From Candidatus Aenigmatarchaeota archaeon (GTDB taxonomy: Archaea > Aenigmatarchaeota > Aenigmatarchaeia > CG10238-14), in assembly GCA_030018415.1 (NCBI GenBank), contig JASEGC010000001.1:55261-119260 (forward strand): a DNA stretch of 64,000 nucleotides. The letters are read 5' to 3'. Below the pieces are notes generated by a model. That model had not been told where the DNA came from. It searched no databases and saw only the letters and a list, made by a program, of their open reading frames with translations. This document shows, in pieces, positions 36,114-46,264 of this stretch (position 1 is the first letter of the stretch; each line of letters begins with the position of its first letter). Position numbers and translations under genes: made by a program.

Positions 36114-36570
36114 AACTTAATTTTAGATTGTTTAAGTTATTTAAATTAATATATTGCTCACAATATTATTTTGAAATTTTAATTTATGTTGGGTTTAACA
36201 TACCTTTAGTAGTATTATCTAATTCATTAAAAATTTTAAGATGAATATTTAAGCGTTATTCTATAGGATTAGACGAATTATCACAACTGCTATTATATAA
36301 AAATAAGCATAATTCATGAGAAAAAATAAAAACAAGTAAAGGCGTGTTTTTGGCAAGTAATACCAATAAATGTAGTTCATCGGATAATTCATATAAAAAG
36401 TCAAGAAGAAGAAATCTTTCGTAGCTAAAAAGATTAACGTAAGTAGCAAATTCCATTTATTTGGTTTAAAGAATTCAATTATTTTATTTTTCTTTAGCTT
36501 TTTCATGAACAACCTTAAAGTATTAATGCATTCTATAATATGAATATTTAGAACATAAAGAGATGAGCCA

Positions 36571-37236
36571 ATGAAAAGAAAAAGATTGCTTATCATCGCG
36601 AGTATAACAACCATTATTCTTTACTTCATGGGTATTTTAACAGGTCATTTTATTCAAGTAAAAGTCTTATCAAGGACAGAGGAAGAATTAAAAAAAATTC
36701 AAGAAGAGTTCTACGATTATAAACGTAACCTTGAGAATATTCAACTGGAGCAATTGTACTTGACAACACACCAAGGAGAGCTTAGCTGTAAAATCTTGGT
36801 TTCCACGATCAACGAGATGCAAAACAGTCTAGCATACTTCTGGTCTAGGCTACCAACCAAATTAGAAGTATACGAAAAATACAGTGAGATTCAACCAGAA
36901 TACGTTAAACTGAAGAGAGATTACACTTTACTTTCGATAAGGGCTTGGTTACTTTCATCGGATGTAAAGAAGAGATGTGGTGAACAAATCATACCAGCTC
37001 TCTATTTTTATTCTAAAGATTGTAATAGCTGTATAAATCAAAGCTACGTTCTAGATAATCTTAAAAAACAAAACCCAAACTTCTCTGCCTTCATCGTAGA
37101 TTTTAACCTGGATGAACCAATAGTCAAAATCATCAAGGACGTCTACAACGTTACAGAAGTTCCATCGTTCATAATAAATGATAAATTGTACTCTGGGTAT
37201 CAAAGTTTAGATCGAATGGAAAAAATAATTTCATGA
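36571..37236 (+). CDS. Membrane-anchored protein with C-terminal thioredoxin-like CxxC domain
   Basis: TM helix, coiled coil, YFYS..C..C, VPS.IIN. Confidence 0.7.
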   Translation: MKRKRLLIIASITTIILYFMGILTGHFIQVKVLSRTEEELKKIQEEFYDYKRNLENIQLEQLYLTTHQGELSCKILVSTINEMQNSLAYFWSRLPTKLEVYEKYSEIQPEYVKLKRDYTLLSIRAWLLSSDVKKRCGEQIIPALYFYSKDCNSCINQSYVLDNLKKQNPNFSAFIVDFNLDEPIVKIIKDVYNVTEVPSFIINDKLYSGYQSLDRMEKIIS

Positions 37237-37249
37237 TTAAATATCTTGA

Positions 37250-38617
37250 GTGTTTGCTTTGTTTAAAGAAAAATTGGCCCTTGTTCTCGTAATCCTTCTG
37301 AATATTCTACCGATGCTGTATTTTCTCGGGATAAGGAGGTCTTTATGGTGGGATGAAGTAGTATACTTCTCATTGGGAAAAAGTATATTGAAAGGGAAGT
37401 ATGAAATAGCACCAGGAAGAGATGCCTTTAGGCCATTTCTTTTTCCCTTCCTTCTCAGTCTAGTATTATCTATGAACGGAGAATTTCTTGTCAGAATAAT
37501 GATCATGATCTTTACCGCGTTAAGCATCACGACAACATACTACATGGGAAAAAAACTATTCAACATGCAAGTTGGTTTTCTATCGATATTGACTTTATCC
37601 AGTTTCCCTTTCTTTATCTTTTTCAGCAATAAGATTTTAGCAGAGATGGTTTTTCTTACTTTCACATCATTAGCTGTAACAACATTCTATCTGGGTGTTG
37701 AAAAAAATAAAAAATTTCTTTATTTTTCGGCCATCTTAACTGCTTTGTCAATACTAACAAAATACTTTGGGTTCTTACTGTTGATAATTTACTTGGTGTA
37801 CATTTTATTTCGAAAAAAGATTCAAATCTTCAAGAGAGGTGAACTTTATATTTCCTTTCTTATTTTTGGCCTGATTCTAATACCATGGTTTATGATCAAC
37901 ATTCTTCACTACGGTAATTTATTAGGCGGAATTTTTGAGAATGCAGATATCTTTTTATCATTGCAAGAAAACCAACCTTTCTATTTTTTCCTAATCAATT
38001 CTTGGGAAATCTTTGGTTTGTCGATAATATTTATTCCACTAGGAATTTTCTTCACAATCAAAGACAGAAAAGCTAACAGTTTGCTAATTTTAATTTATGC
38101 TCTAATACCGTTCTTGTTTTTTTCTTCTATGCCTCATAAAGAAGCGAGATATTTAGTTTCTTTCTTCCCTGCATTCAGTTGTTTGATAGGCTTTGTAGTG
38201 CAAAGGATAGCAAAAAAATTTCGAGTTTTTACGTACGGGACAATGATACTCATACTCATACTCGGTTTATACCTTGGCTGTAAGGAAGTTTTGAAGGAAG
38301 AAGTCGATGTGGATGTCCTGATGGAAGGATCATTGTTTGTTAAACAGATAACGCGTGAAAATGAATATGTAATGTCCGAATCCTACCCTTACTTGAGTTA
38401 TTATGCTGGTAGGATGAGTATAAGACCTCCTATTGACAAAAAAAACTTTTACAGCTTGTTTGAAGAATACAACATAAGTTATGTTTTCATCGATCATCTC
38501 GAACTTGGCAACCCAAATTATCTACTCGAAGAACTAAGGACAAATAAATTCGAAGAAGTTAAGTCATTCACAAACCAGAAAGAAAGGATGGTCACGATAT
38601 ACAGAAAATTATTTTAG
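37250..38617 (+). CDS. GT-C fold (ArnT/PMT-like) glycosyltransferase
   Basis: WWDE..Y, RP, multiple TM helices, KEARY. Confidence 0.85.
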   Translation: MFALFKEKLALVLVILLNILPMLYFLGIRRSLWWDEVVYFSLGKSILKGKYEIAPGRDAFRPFLFPFLLSLVLSMNGEFLVRIMIMIFTALSITTTYYMGKKLFNMQVGFLSILTLSSFPFFIFFSNKILAEMVFLTFTSLAVTTFYLGVEKNKKFLYFSAILTALSILTKYFGFLLLIIYLVYILFRKKIQIFKRGELYISFLIFGLILIPWFMINILHYGNLLGGIFENADIFLSLQENQPFYFFLINSWEIFGLSIIFIPLGIFFTIKDRKANSLLILIYALIPFLFFSSMPHKEARYLVSFFPAFSCLIGFVVQRIAKKFRVFTYGTMILILILGLYLGCKEVLKEEVDVDVLMEGSLFVKQITRENEYVMSESYPYLSYYAGRMSIRPPIDKKNFYSLFEEYNISYVFIDHLELGNPNYLLEELRTNKFEEVKSFTNQKERMVTIYRKLF

Positions 38618-38668
38618 GAAAAAGAAAAGAAAAAAAGAACGGCAATGTCCTTATCCTATGGCAAGTAT

Positions 38669-41275
38669 CTAAAGTGCAGTTATTCCTGCACCAGATACGG
38701 CAGTTACTGCAACACTAGTTTGTCCAGCTAACTTGGCAGCAATCTCTGGGGTATCGAACTGTTGCATGACAGAGCATGCATTCCTTGTGTCTATTGCATC
38801 TGTACCAGCAATCACTATCACTGAGTATCCTGTTGCGAATGCATTCTCGATCAAGAATATGTATCCCTTACCCTTCTCCCATCCTTCGGCTGGCACTCCA
38901 CCCGGACAGCCGTACTTAGTGTCTAGCTTGCCATCGTCGACAAGCTTCTGTACGAGTGAGTTAGCACAAGATCCACCGATGAGAACAAGGTTCTTATTCA
39001 CTGTAGCTGGATCAGCTATCTCTGTATCCAGTTTAGCTACAGAGTAAGATATCGGGACTACTTTCTTGATCTTTTCTGCTGCAACTGCTGTTGTTGTAAC
39101 TTTTGCTGCTTCTGTCAAGAAGAATATGTTAGCGTATATCTGGTTGTCTGGATAGGTTACAGTCACTTTCCCTTGTTCATACGAGTCGTAGGTAGTGAGC
39201 GTACCATAGGCATCGTACGCTTTCTGTATGTAGGTATTGGTACCGAGCGTGACAAAATTACCAAGAGTTGCTGTAGTGAATACTGGAGTCGTCACAGCTA
39301 TCTTTAAAGATGTTGTTCCTGTGTAAGTGACTGGGATGTAAACAACATCCTGTGTGGTTCCATCAGCCTGTTTCTCTTCGAGTATTGCAATAGCTGCTCT
39401 GTAATCCTTTACAGGTGTCATCTGTATGTAAGCTGTAGCTGACACGTTGGTTACAGTGTAGTTGAACTTTCCTTTTAGGACTGTTGTTGGAGTTGCTGTA
39501 CAGTCTATATGGATTAAACCTGCCGTAGTTCCTGTCTGTGGTACTATCACGTCATCGCCGCACGAGAATGTAGTGTAGTTGTTTACTAAGTATATATATT
39601 CGCCATTCTTTGCCTTCAATCCTGGGAAGGCAGTAATCTTTCCTGCCACACCATAAGTTGCTCCTGAGTCAGCTGAATATGCGTTAGTGTCATCCCATGT
39701 CAGCTTTACATAGCTTTCTGCCTTTGTGGTACCATTGTAGATATTCAAATAGTATGTCTGACTACCTATCGTTATCGTGTCATTCAAATTAGTACCCGTT
39801 GTCTTCTCATATACCGTTCCTGTGAACACATCCTTTAACCTTACCTTATCCGTCGACCTCAATGTACCATAAGGCACGTCATCCAATTGCAACAGATGTG
39901 TTTCATCTCCCTGGTTGACGACCACATAATGGTCTTTGTAGATGGCATCTCCTTCCTTTATGTGGATGTGATATTGGTTGCTGTCCATCAAGTATATCGT
40001 TGGAGTGCTTGTTATGGCAGATACGTTGTTGTAAGCAAACTCTATCGTTTTTTCATTCTTGAAGTAATCCTTGAACTTGACTGTCATCGTCCTGTCTCCA
40101 CTGTAAACCACAACAATCTCATCATTGTTTGGGTCGTCCAAGGCTGGAGTTGTACTGGAGAACTCCAACCTGAAAGTCTTCCAGACAGGATCGGTGTATG
40201 ACTTTCCTATTTGCACGTCGTCATAGTCTGAATCCTGTGCAGCCACGTAAACTTCAATCTTGCTTATTCCTTGTCCTGGTGTTCCTGTTATATCTACCAA
40301 AGTATTCTCAACCCAGTTCTCTGTTCCGAAGAGAACTTCGCTACCATCCTCCAAAGTCAACTTCTGTGAACCTAGACTCAATTTCATGGAACTTACTTGT
40401 GCCTCTTTCGGATAGTAGTATACATCACTGATGTATACATCTAAGCCGCTGATCTTGTAAGTTGATCCTTTTGTGACTGATTGGGTTTTTCCATTGACGC
40501 TGATAACTCCTGTCGTAGTACCACTAACACCCTCAACTTTTACTGTGTATTCAACTCCGCCAACTGTAACCTTTTGTTCTTCAAGTTCTTTCAGAGTTAC
40601 TACGTTGGCTCCACCGTACAATATCAACTTATTATAGTCAGAGCCAGTTCCAATCGTCCATTCACTGCCGAATAACGTTATCACGTTATCCACTACTGCA
40701 GTAGAAGAGACGTTTATTGTCTTAGAGAATGTTACCCTTGTCTTGTAGATGTAGTTTGCCGTGGTGACAGCACTGCTTGGCAAAGCTATGTGGATTACAG
40801 GATCTCTTAGATCCCCACCGCTAGTACTAAAAGTAAGTTCTGCTGCATCGTCCAGATAAATATCTTGCACGTACGGGTATGAGTTTCCTTGATCGTCTAA
40901 TACTTCTCCCTTCTTCAACAATGTTGGCAAGTCAGTTGAAGTTATACCAGTCCTTGCGTTGTTGATCTTTTCACCGAGTAAAATTCTGTTGCTTGCTGTG
41001 TCTATCCTTGCACCTTCACCTATTAGGGTTACTTCTTCTCCAGCAGCTACAGCAGTCTCTACGTAGTTTTCACTAGCTAACCTGGCTGTCACGTCAGATC
41101 CACCGACCAAGTCATCTGCCTTGGCGTTGGAACCGTAGACCACATAGAAATTACATACACCACCTTTACAGAAAGGTGCTGGATAATCTCCTAGAGTGAT
41201 TGCTCCCAAAACTGGAACTGAAGTCATTACTGCCATAATTGCCGTTAACAACAAGGCAATTATTTTGTCTTTCAT
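38669..41275 (-). CDS. S-layer protein
   Basis: Signal peptide, L.DYP.PF...VVYG..A...D; C-terminal NLVLIGG.CANSL and VIAG....DTR.A. Strong SD AGGAGG. Confidence 0.88.
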   Translation of the reverse strand: MKDKIIALLLTAIMAVMTSVPVLGAITLGDYPAPFCKGGVCNFYVVYGSNAKADDLVGGSDVTARLASENYVETAVAAGEEVTLIGEGARIDTASNRILLGEKINNARTGITSTDLPTLLKKGEVLDDQGNSYPYVQDIYLDDAAELTFSTSGGDLRDPVIHIALPSSAVTTANYIYKTRVTFSKTINVSSTAVVDNVITLFGSEWTIGTGSDYNKLILYGGANVVTLKELEEQKVTVGGVEYTVKVEGVSGTTTGVISVNGKTQSVTKGSTYKISGLDVYISDVYYYPKEAQVSSMKLSLGSQKLTLEDGSEVLFGTENWVENTLVDITGTPGQGISKIEVYVAAQDSDYDDVQIGKSYTDPVWKTFRLEFSSTTPALDDPNNDEIVVVYSGDRTMTVKFKDYFKNEKTIEFAYNNVSAITSTPTIYLMDSNQYHIHIKEGDAIYKDHYVVVNQGDETHLLQLDDVPYGTLRSTDKVRLKDVFTGTVYEKTTGTNLNDTITIGSQTYYLNIYNGTTKAESYVKLTWDDTNAYSADSGATYGVAGKITAFPGLKAKNGEYIYLVNNYTTFSCGDDVIVPQTGTTAGLIHIDCTATPTTVLKGKFNYTVTNVSATAYIQMTPVKDYRAAIAILEEKQADGTTQDVVYIPVTYTGTTSLKIAVTTPVFTTATLGNFVTLGTNTYIQKAYDAYGTLTTYDSYEQGKVTVTYPDNQIYANIFFLTEAAKVTTTAVAAEKIKKVVPISYSVAKLDTEIADPATVNKNLVLIGGSCANSLVQKLVDDGKLDTKYGCPGGVPAEGWEKGKGYIFLIENAFATGYSVIVIAGTDAIDTRNACSVMQQFDTPEIAAKLAGQTSVAVTAVSGAGITAL

Positions 41276-41537
41276 TTTTTATCCTCCTTATATTTACCAC
41301 TTCATATTTAATCGTGGCTCATAGGTATTAATATCGTAATAGAAATTACCCTGATAGGTATATATACCTTACATGAAATGGTTTTAATTGTTTCACTGAT
41401 TATTGAAAATTATGTTATTTTAATTAAAATATAATAAAATAAGTCTATTAATTGTTTCATCGAATAAAATAAAGATTTTTAGAAAAAAATAAAGTAAATA
41501 AAGATTTTTAGAAAATTTATACGTTTCACAAGAAATT

Positions 41538-42431
41538 TTACTCTTTTAACATCATTTTTCTTAGACTCACTCTGTTCTTTCTTCCCACTCTCTCTACGTC
41601 AACAACCCCTCTACTTTGTAGGCTGTGTATAATCCTACTGACTTTAGCTTTTGAAAACCCAGAAGAGCTGACAATCTTCCTCTGATCCACTCTTTCCTTT
41701 CCTTCTTTCCTGATTATATCAACAATCATTCTTTCGCCTTCATTCAATACGGATAAAACTAGTTCTGTTTTTTTGGGTAATTTTTTGTAGATGATGATCA
41801 GACCTATGATCAATATAAAAATTGGGGCAAATAACCATCTGTAATCAAAGTATTCTATCTGTGGTTGTGGGAATATGGACTCATAATATATTCTTATCGG
41901 AATTACGTCCCCTGGGTTTTTATTCGCGAATGACCATGAAGTTATAATATTCTTTCCTTCAATTTTCTTTTCAGCCCCAGAGGGTGATATAGGCAGTAAA
42001 ACTCTATCTGAGAGAAACATACCATCCGGTAGTTTTACTGTAACAAAGATTCTGTCAGTCTTCCATAAGATGGGAATATCAAAGGAAAAATGAGTTGTGT
42101 TCCCTTGTCTTTCTACTAAACCAGTTCCTTTAAACCATACAAAAAGCGTTATATCACCAACCATGAATGGAGAAGGGGGTTCACAATGTAGAATATTCTC
42201 TGTATCTTTCTTTACTTCACATTTTCCCTTTTCAAAATTCAAATCACTGATTTTACCACGAAATGGAAAGTCAATTTTTTTGATTTCCTCAGTGAATCTG
42301 TACGAAATATTAAGATTACTGGAACTATCTTCTTTTAAATCTACACTAACATTTAACTGACGCATGATCTGTGCTGAGACTGCAGGGTATAAAAAAAGGG
42401 TGAAAATTACGAATGTAATGAAACGTTTCAT
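41538..42431 (-). CDS. Membrane-bound HTH regulator (extracellular domain, TM, C-terminal wHTH)
   Basis: L.EGER.IV..I...Q..IV...GFSKAKVSRI...L..RG.V...R.GR.N. Confidence 0.8.
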   Translation of the reverse strand: MKRFITFVIFTLFLYPAVSAQIMRQLNVSVDLKEDSSSNLNISYRFTEEIKKIDFPFRGKISDLNFEKGKCEVKKDTENILHCEPPSPFMVGDITLFVWFKGTGLVERQGNTTHFSFDIPILWKTDRIFVTVKLPDGMFLSDRVLLPISPSGAEKKIEGKNIITSWSFANKNPGDVIPIRIYYESIFPQPQIEYFDYRWLFAPIFILIIGLIIIYKKLPKKTELVLSVLNEGERMIVDIIRKEGKERVDQRKIVSSSGFSKAKVSRIIHSLQSRGVVDVERVGRKNRVSLRKMMLKE

Positions 42432-42459
42432 ATATCAATTTTATACTTATAAAAATAAA

Positions 42460-43464
42460 TTAATCTCTTACTACATTAATCGCAAACCCACAATTAGGAC
42501 ATCTGTTTCCTTCCAAATTTATCGCGTTGACAAAAATACCAGTTCTCTCTATCACTGATTGACCACAATTATAACAATAAGTATTCTCAAACCTACTTCC
42601 CCAGATGTTACCAACGTAGGAGTACCGTAAACCAACATCAAGAGCATCGGTTACAAAATCTTCTAGAATCTCGAGTGAGGTTGGTGGTACATTTGTCATA
42701 TGATAACAAGGCGTGAAACCTAATAGATGGTAAGGCACACTAGAATCGAGATTTTCTATTATCCACTCAGCTAGCTTATGGTTGTCTTCGGGTTTGTCGC
42801 CGATTCCAGGAACGATAAGGTTCGATATTTCTATAAAAACTCTATGCTTGTTAAAACTTTTCAAAGCATCGAATATTGGCCGGACATCAGGAACTGCCAT
42901 GTACTTTTTATAAAATTCTGGATTTCCTGAGGCTTTGAAATCAACAGTCACAGCATCCAAATATTTAGCTATCTTCTTTATGGCCCCAGAAGTTATGTAC
43001 CCGTTCGTCACAAATACATTCTTTATATTATATCTTTTAGCAATCCTTGAAACTCTGTAAGCAAACTCAAAAGAGATGGTTGGTTCTGTGTAAGTATAAG
43101 CTATTATCTTGATGCCCTTATCGTTCGCGATCTTCACTATATCCTCCGGCGAATAGGTCTTTCCCGTTATCTTGTCAGTCTGGCTTATCTCCCAGTTTAT
43201 ACAGAATTGACATTTGAAGTTACAGCCAATTGAAGAGATAGAAAGTGTCTGTGAACCAGGGTAAAAATGAAACAAAGGTTTCTTCTCGATTGGGTCGATG
43301 TCCATGGAAACTATCTTTCCGTAATTTTTTGTGTACAACGTGTTATTCTTGTTTATCCTAACCTTACAGAAACCTTCCTTACCTTCGGGTATTAAACATC
43401 TTCTCGCACATAGTTCACATCTTATCTTGTCTCCTTCTTTTAGCCACAACATTGCTTCCTGCAT
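42460..43464 (-). CDS. AmmeMemoRadiSam radical SAM enzyme
   Basis: DPIEKKPLFHFYPG, CNFKCQFC, YTYTEPT. Confidence 0.92.
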   Translation of the reverse strand: MQEAMLWLKEGDKIRCELCARRCLIPEGKEGFCKVRINKNNTLYTKNYGKIVSMDIDPIEKKPLFHFYPGSQTLSISSIGCNFKCQFCINWEISQTDKITGKTYSPEDIVKIANDKGIKIIAYTYTEPTISFEFAYRVSRIAKRYNIKNVFVTNGYITSGAIKKIAKYLDAVTVDFKASGNPEFYKKYMAVPDVRPIFDALKSFNKHRVFIEISNLIVPGIGDKPEDNHKLAEWIIENLDSSVPYHLLGFTPCYHMTNVPPTSLEILEDFVTDALDVGLRYSYVGNIWGSRFENTYCYNCGQSVIERTGIFVNAINLEGNRCPNCGFAINVVRD

Positions 43465-43559
43465 GTTATATATATGGTGAAATCGAGTAATAAACTTGTT
43501 TTAACAACAAATTTAAAGATTTCACTCTGAAAGAAATACTAAACATAGGTTGTGAATCA

Positions 43560-43641
43560 GCCCCGATAGCATAGTGGTAATGCATCCGCCTCGTAAACCC
43601 AAGAAAGCGGAAGATCGAGGGTTCAAATCCCTCTCGGGGCT
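43560..43641 (+). tRNA. tRNA-Thr(CGT) with 10-nt intron at 37/38 (43596-43605)
   Basis: GCCCCGA/TCGGGGC acceptor, TCCGC-CTCGTA^A-GCGGA anticodon arm, GAGGG-TTCAAAT-CCCTC. Confidence 0.88.
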
Positions 43642-43703
43642 CAAAAAGAAAAGTATAAAAAAGTAAATTCATAGATTTGTTAAAAATCGTAGGATGTGAT
43701 AAC

Positions 43704-44000
43704 ATGGAAATCGTGCTGAAGACTAAAAAAGAGAACTTACAGAAAGTGAAAGATATCATATTAAAAGATGATACTGTCTCAAGAGCCAGTGTAATTTTCA
43801 AAGAAGCAAAAAGCATTGGTTTAAAGGGCAATGAATACTTCTGCTACATTTCTGGATTAGAGGAAGCTTGTAATAAAGCAAAAGAATTGACAAAAAATTC
43901 AGCAGAAATTGCCAACAAAAAGGAAGAAGAAGAAATCATAAAGAAGATAAAGGAAGAAGAAGAAACAGCGCTATCTGGTTTCGGAAGCATCTTCAGATGA
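43704..44000 (+). CDS. Conserved hypothetical protein
   Basis: DD.VSRAS..F...SIG...IKEEEE.A..GFG.IF. Confidence 0.75.
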   Translation: MEIVLKTKKENLQKVKDIILKDDTVSRASVIFKEAKSIGLKGNEYFCYISGLEEACNKAKELTKNSAEIANKKEEEEIIKKIKEEEETALSGFGSIFR

Positions 44001-44235
44001 GCGATCTTATAGGCTTATTTAAACATACATAACACGGGAAAAGATATTGTTTTTAAGATGCACAGATAAAAAAGGATAAACTATAAATAACTCATTTTTT
44101 GGAGTCATCTCCATAAAATTTTACCAAATTTTGCGATTCATCACAACATAATTCCCGAAAAACTATTAAAAATGATTAGCGATAATTAAATATTACTGTT
44201 ACGTTAAATCAATAAAATTGTTATCAGGTAAAGTC

Positions 44236-44400
44236 ATGAATAAGAATAATGTTGATGACTTCTCTTTCATTTTAGGACTTTTTGCATCAGATGGAAATTC
44301 AGATGATTACCGAGTCAGGTTTTTCTGTTCAGAAGAAGAAATAAGTTTCTTTAAACTAATTGTGATGCATGGGTATTTATCTCCATGGACTACTTATAAA
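44236..44400 (+). pseudogene. Truncated LAGLIDADG endonuclease fragment
   Basis: FSFILGLFASDG motif followed by RVRF, then cut off at the tRNA-Gly promoter. Confidence 0.5.
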
Positions 44401-44412
44401 GAAATGTTAGAT

Positions 44413-44500
44413 GCGACAGTGGTCCAGCCTGGTTAAGATCCAAATGAAAAAGGATAAGCTTGCCAAGCTTGTGACCCGGGTTCAAATCCCGGCTGTCGCA
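44413..44500 (+). tRNA. tRNA-Gly(GCC) with 14-nt intron at 29/30 (44444-44457)
   Basis: GCGACAG/CTGTCGC acceptor; BHB ATCC/GGAT with bulges AA^A and AA^G; mature CAAGC-TTGCCAA-GCTTG. Confidence 0.9.
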
Positions 44501-44613
44501 TATTTTTAAATCTGAAAACTCCTTTATGTAAAGAGAAATTCGCCGACCGCATTCATTTTTCAACAAAACATAACTTTATTATAAAAAAAATAGATATTTA
44601 CCATGGGGATTTA

Positions 44614-45138
44614 ATGGTATTTTTCAAGAAAAGAAGAGAAGAAAATGTCGAAGAGATTAAAAACATAGTCGAAAGTAGAAAAATTCCTGACGAATTATTG
44701 GAAAAACCAATGGAAGAGGAAGTACCTATGGAGCTTCCAGAAAGTACAGAATTGACTATACCAAAAAGAGAGAAACCTGCTCTGACAACTGAAGAAAAGA
44801 AACCTGCCTTTGCACCCTTGTTCGTTAAAATCGAAAAGTACAGGTCTGTGTTGAACGCTATAGCTGATCTTAAAACAACAGTCGTCATGATAAAGAACGC
44901 TTTAGAACTTCAAAAACAGATCGAAAGTTTAAGAGATGAAAATAGAAAATTATTGGAGGTTGCTATAACCAAGATCGATAAAAAGATCGTGATGCTCGAC
45001 TCAGAATTCCTGCGACCGAAGGGATATGAAGAAGAATTTCCATCACCCATCTATGAAACAGAAAGTTTAGAAGGAGCCGTTATGGATTTAAAGAAACAAG
45101 TAGAAAGTCTTAAGTCTGAGTTACAAACTATAACTTAA
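44614..45138 (+). CDS. Conserved coiled-coil hypothetical protein
   Basis: APLFVKIEKY motif followed by coiled coils. Confidence 0.75.
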   Translation: MVFFKKRREENVEEIKNIVESRKIPDELLEKPMEEEVPMELPESTELTIPKREKPALTTEEKKPAFAPLFVKIEKYRSVLNAIADLKTTVVMIKNALELQKQIESLRDENRKLLEVAITKIDKKIVMLDSEFLRPKGYEEEFPSPIYETESLEGAVMDLKKQVESLKSELQTIT

Positions 45139-45239
45139 AGATTTGCTTTCATCTGACTTGGCAGAATAAAGACATACAAAATTTTTTAAACTTAGTCTTG
45201 AATCACTTACATAAAGAATAAGATCATAAAAAAATTGAT

Positions 45240-45366
45240 GCAGGGGTTGCCAAGTCAGGTCAAAGGCGGTAGAATCATTGAGCACTGATAAATGATGCCG
45301 ATGCTCAAGATCATTGGGAAACCTACTCCCTTAGTGGGTTCGAGAGTTCAAATCTCTCCCCCTGCA
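45240..45366 (+). tRNA. tRNA-Leu(CAA) with two introns (30/31: 45273-45302; 37/38: 45310-45320)
   Basis: GCAGGGG/CCCCTGC acceptor, long variable arm, mature GTAGG-CTCAAGA-CCTAC; both introns BHB-flanked. Confidence 0.9.
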
Positions 45367-45550
45367 CATATTCCCTGAAGTAGCTTTCAATGACACAAAA
45401 TCCTCAAACGATGACATATTAATAAATAATTTTTTATATCAATTATTTGTATGGAACCTTGTCAACTTCTAGCGATTGGTGCAGCAGAGTTTTTAATCCT
45501 TCACACCTTATTAGGATATCATAAAGTTAAAAAGCGATTTTTTTCCGCAT

Positions 45551-46213
45551 GTGAGATACGAAATACATATTATTGTTGACTATGATGCATGTTGCAATAA
45601 AGTAGTGCCAGGAATGATGAAATACAACGTTATTGTTGATAATATTCCTTTCGACAGAAAATCAAGAACAAGAGTGTTGGATTTAGGTGTAGGAACAGGT
45701 TTAGGTGCTCTAAAAATCCTGAATGAATTTCCTAACTCACGATTGACAGACATTGATTTTCTTCAAAGATGATATCTTAAGCTAGAGAAAGGTTGAAGAT
45801 TTTTGGCAACAGAGTTAAACTGATAGAAGCCGGTTTCAATAAGATAGATTTCCCAGAAAAATACGATGTGATAGTATCAGTAGTAACAATACACAATTCC
45901 AATGAAACCGATCAAAAAAATTGATGAGAAAGATATTCAATTATTTGAACGATCGTGGTTGTTTTTTTGAACGGTGATTTTGCCAAGACCAAATCAAAAT
46001 TTTTGAACAAAAAAATTAGATAAATCCTACAAAGAATATTTGAGAGATAATCTAAGGGGAGAAGAACTTAAAATCTGGCTTCGTCATGCTTTCAAAGAAG
46101 ATAAACCCGTCGCCTTAGAAGATCAACTGTTATGGATGAAAGAAGCAGGTTTTAGAGAGATAGAATGCGTGTGGAGATATCAAAATTTGGCGGTCTACTA
46201 TGGGTTGAAATAA
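45551..46213 (+). pseudogene. Class I SAM methyltransferase pseudogene (CmoA-like)
   Basis: VLDLGVGTG, YDVIVS..TIH, EDQL.WMKEAGF pieces in different frames, with stops and small indels. Confidence 0.8.
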
Positions 46214-46264
46214 CCCTGATATTTATTTAAGTTTCTGTACAAGACATAATTAAGGTGGTTTAAT

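Noticed and set aside
36261-36614. 117-aa hydrophobic ORF
   Set aside because: Very AT-rich, overlaps the start and promoter of the opposite gene, and has no motif. A shorter membrane peptide cannot be excluded.
45551-46213. Broken methyltransferase as another intron-containing gene
   Set aside because: The breaks are several small indels and stops in A/T runs, with no inserted BHB-forming segment. This is ordinary pseudogene decay.
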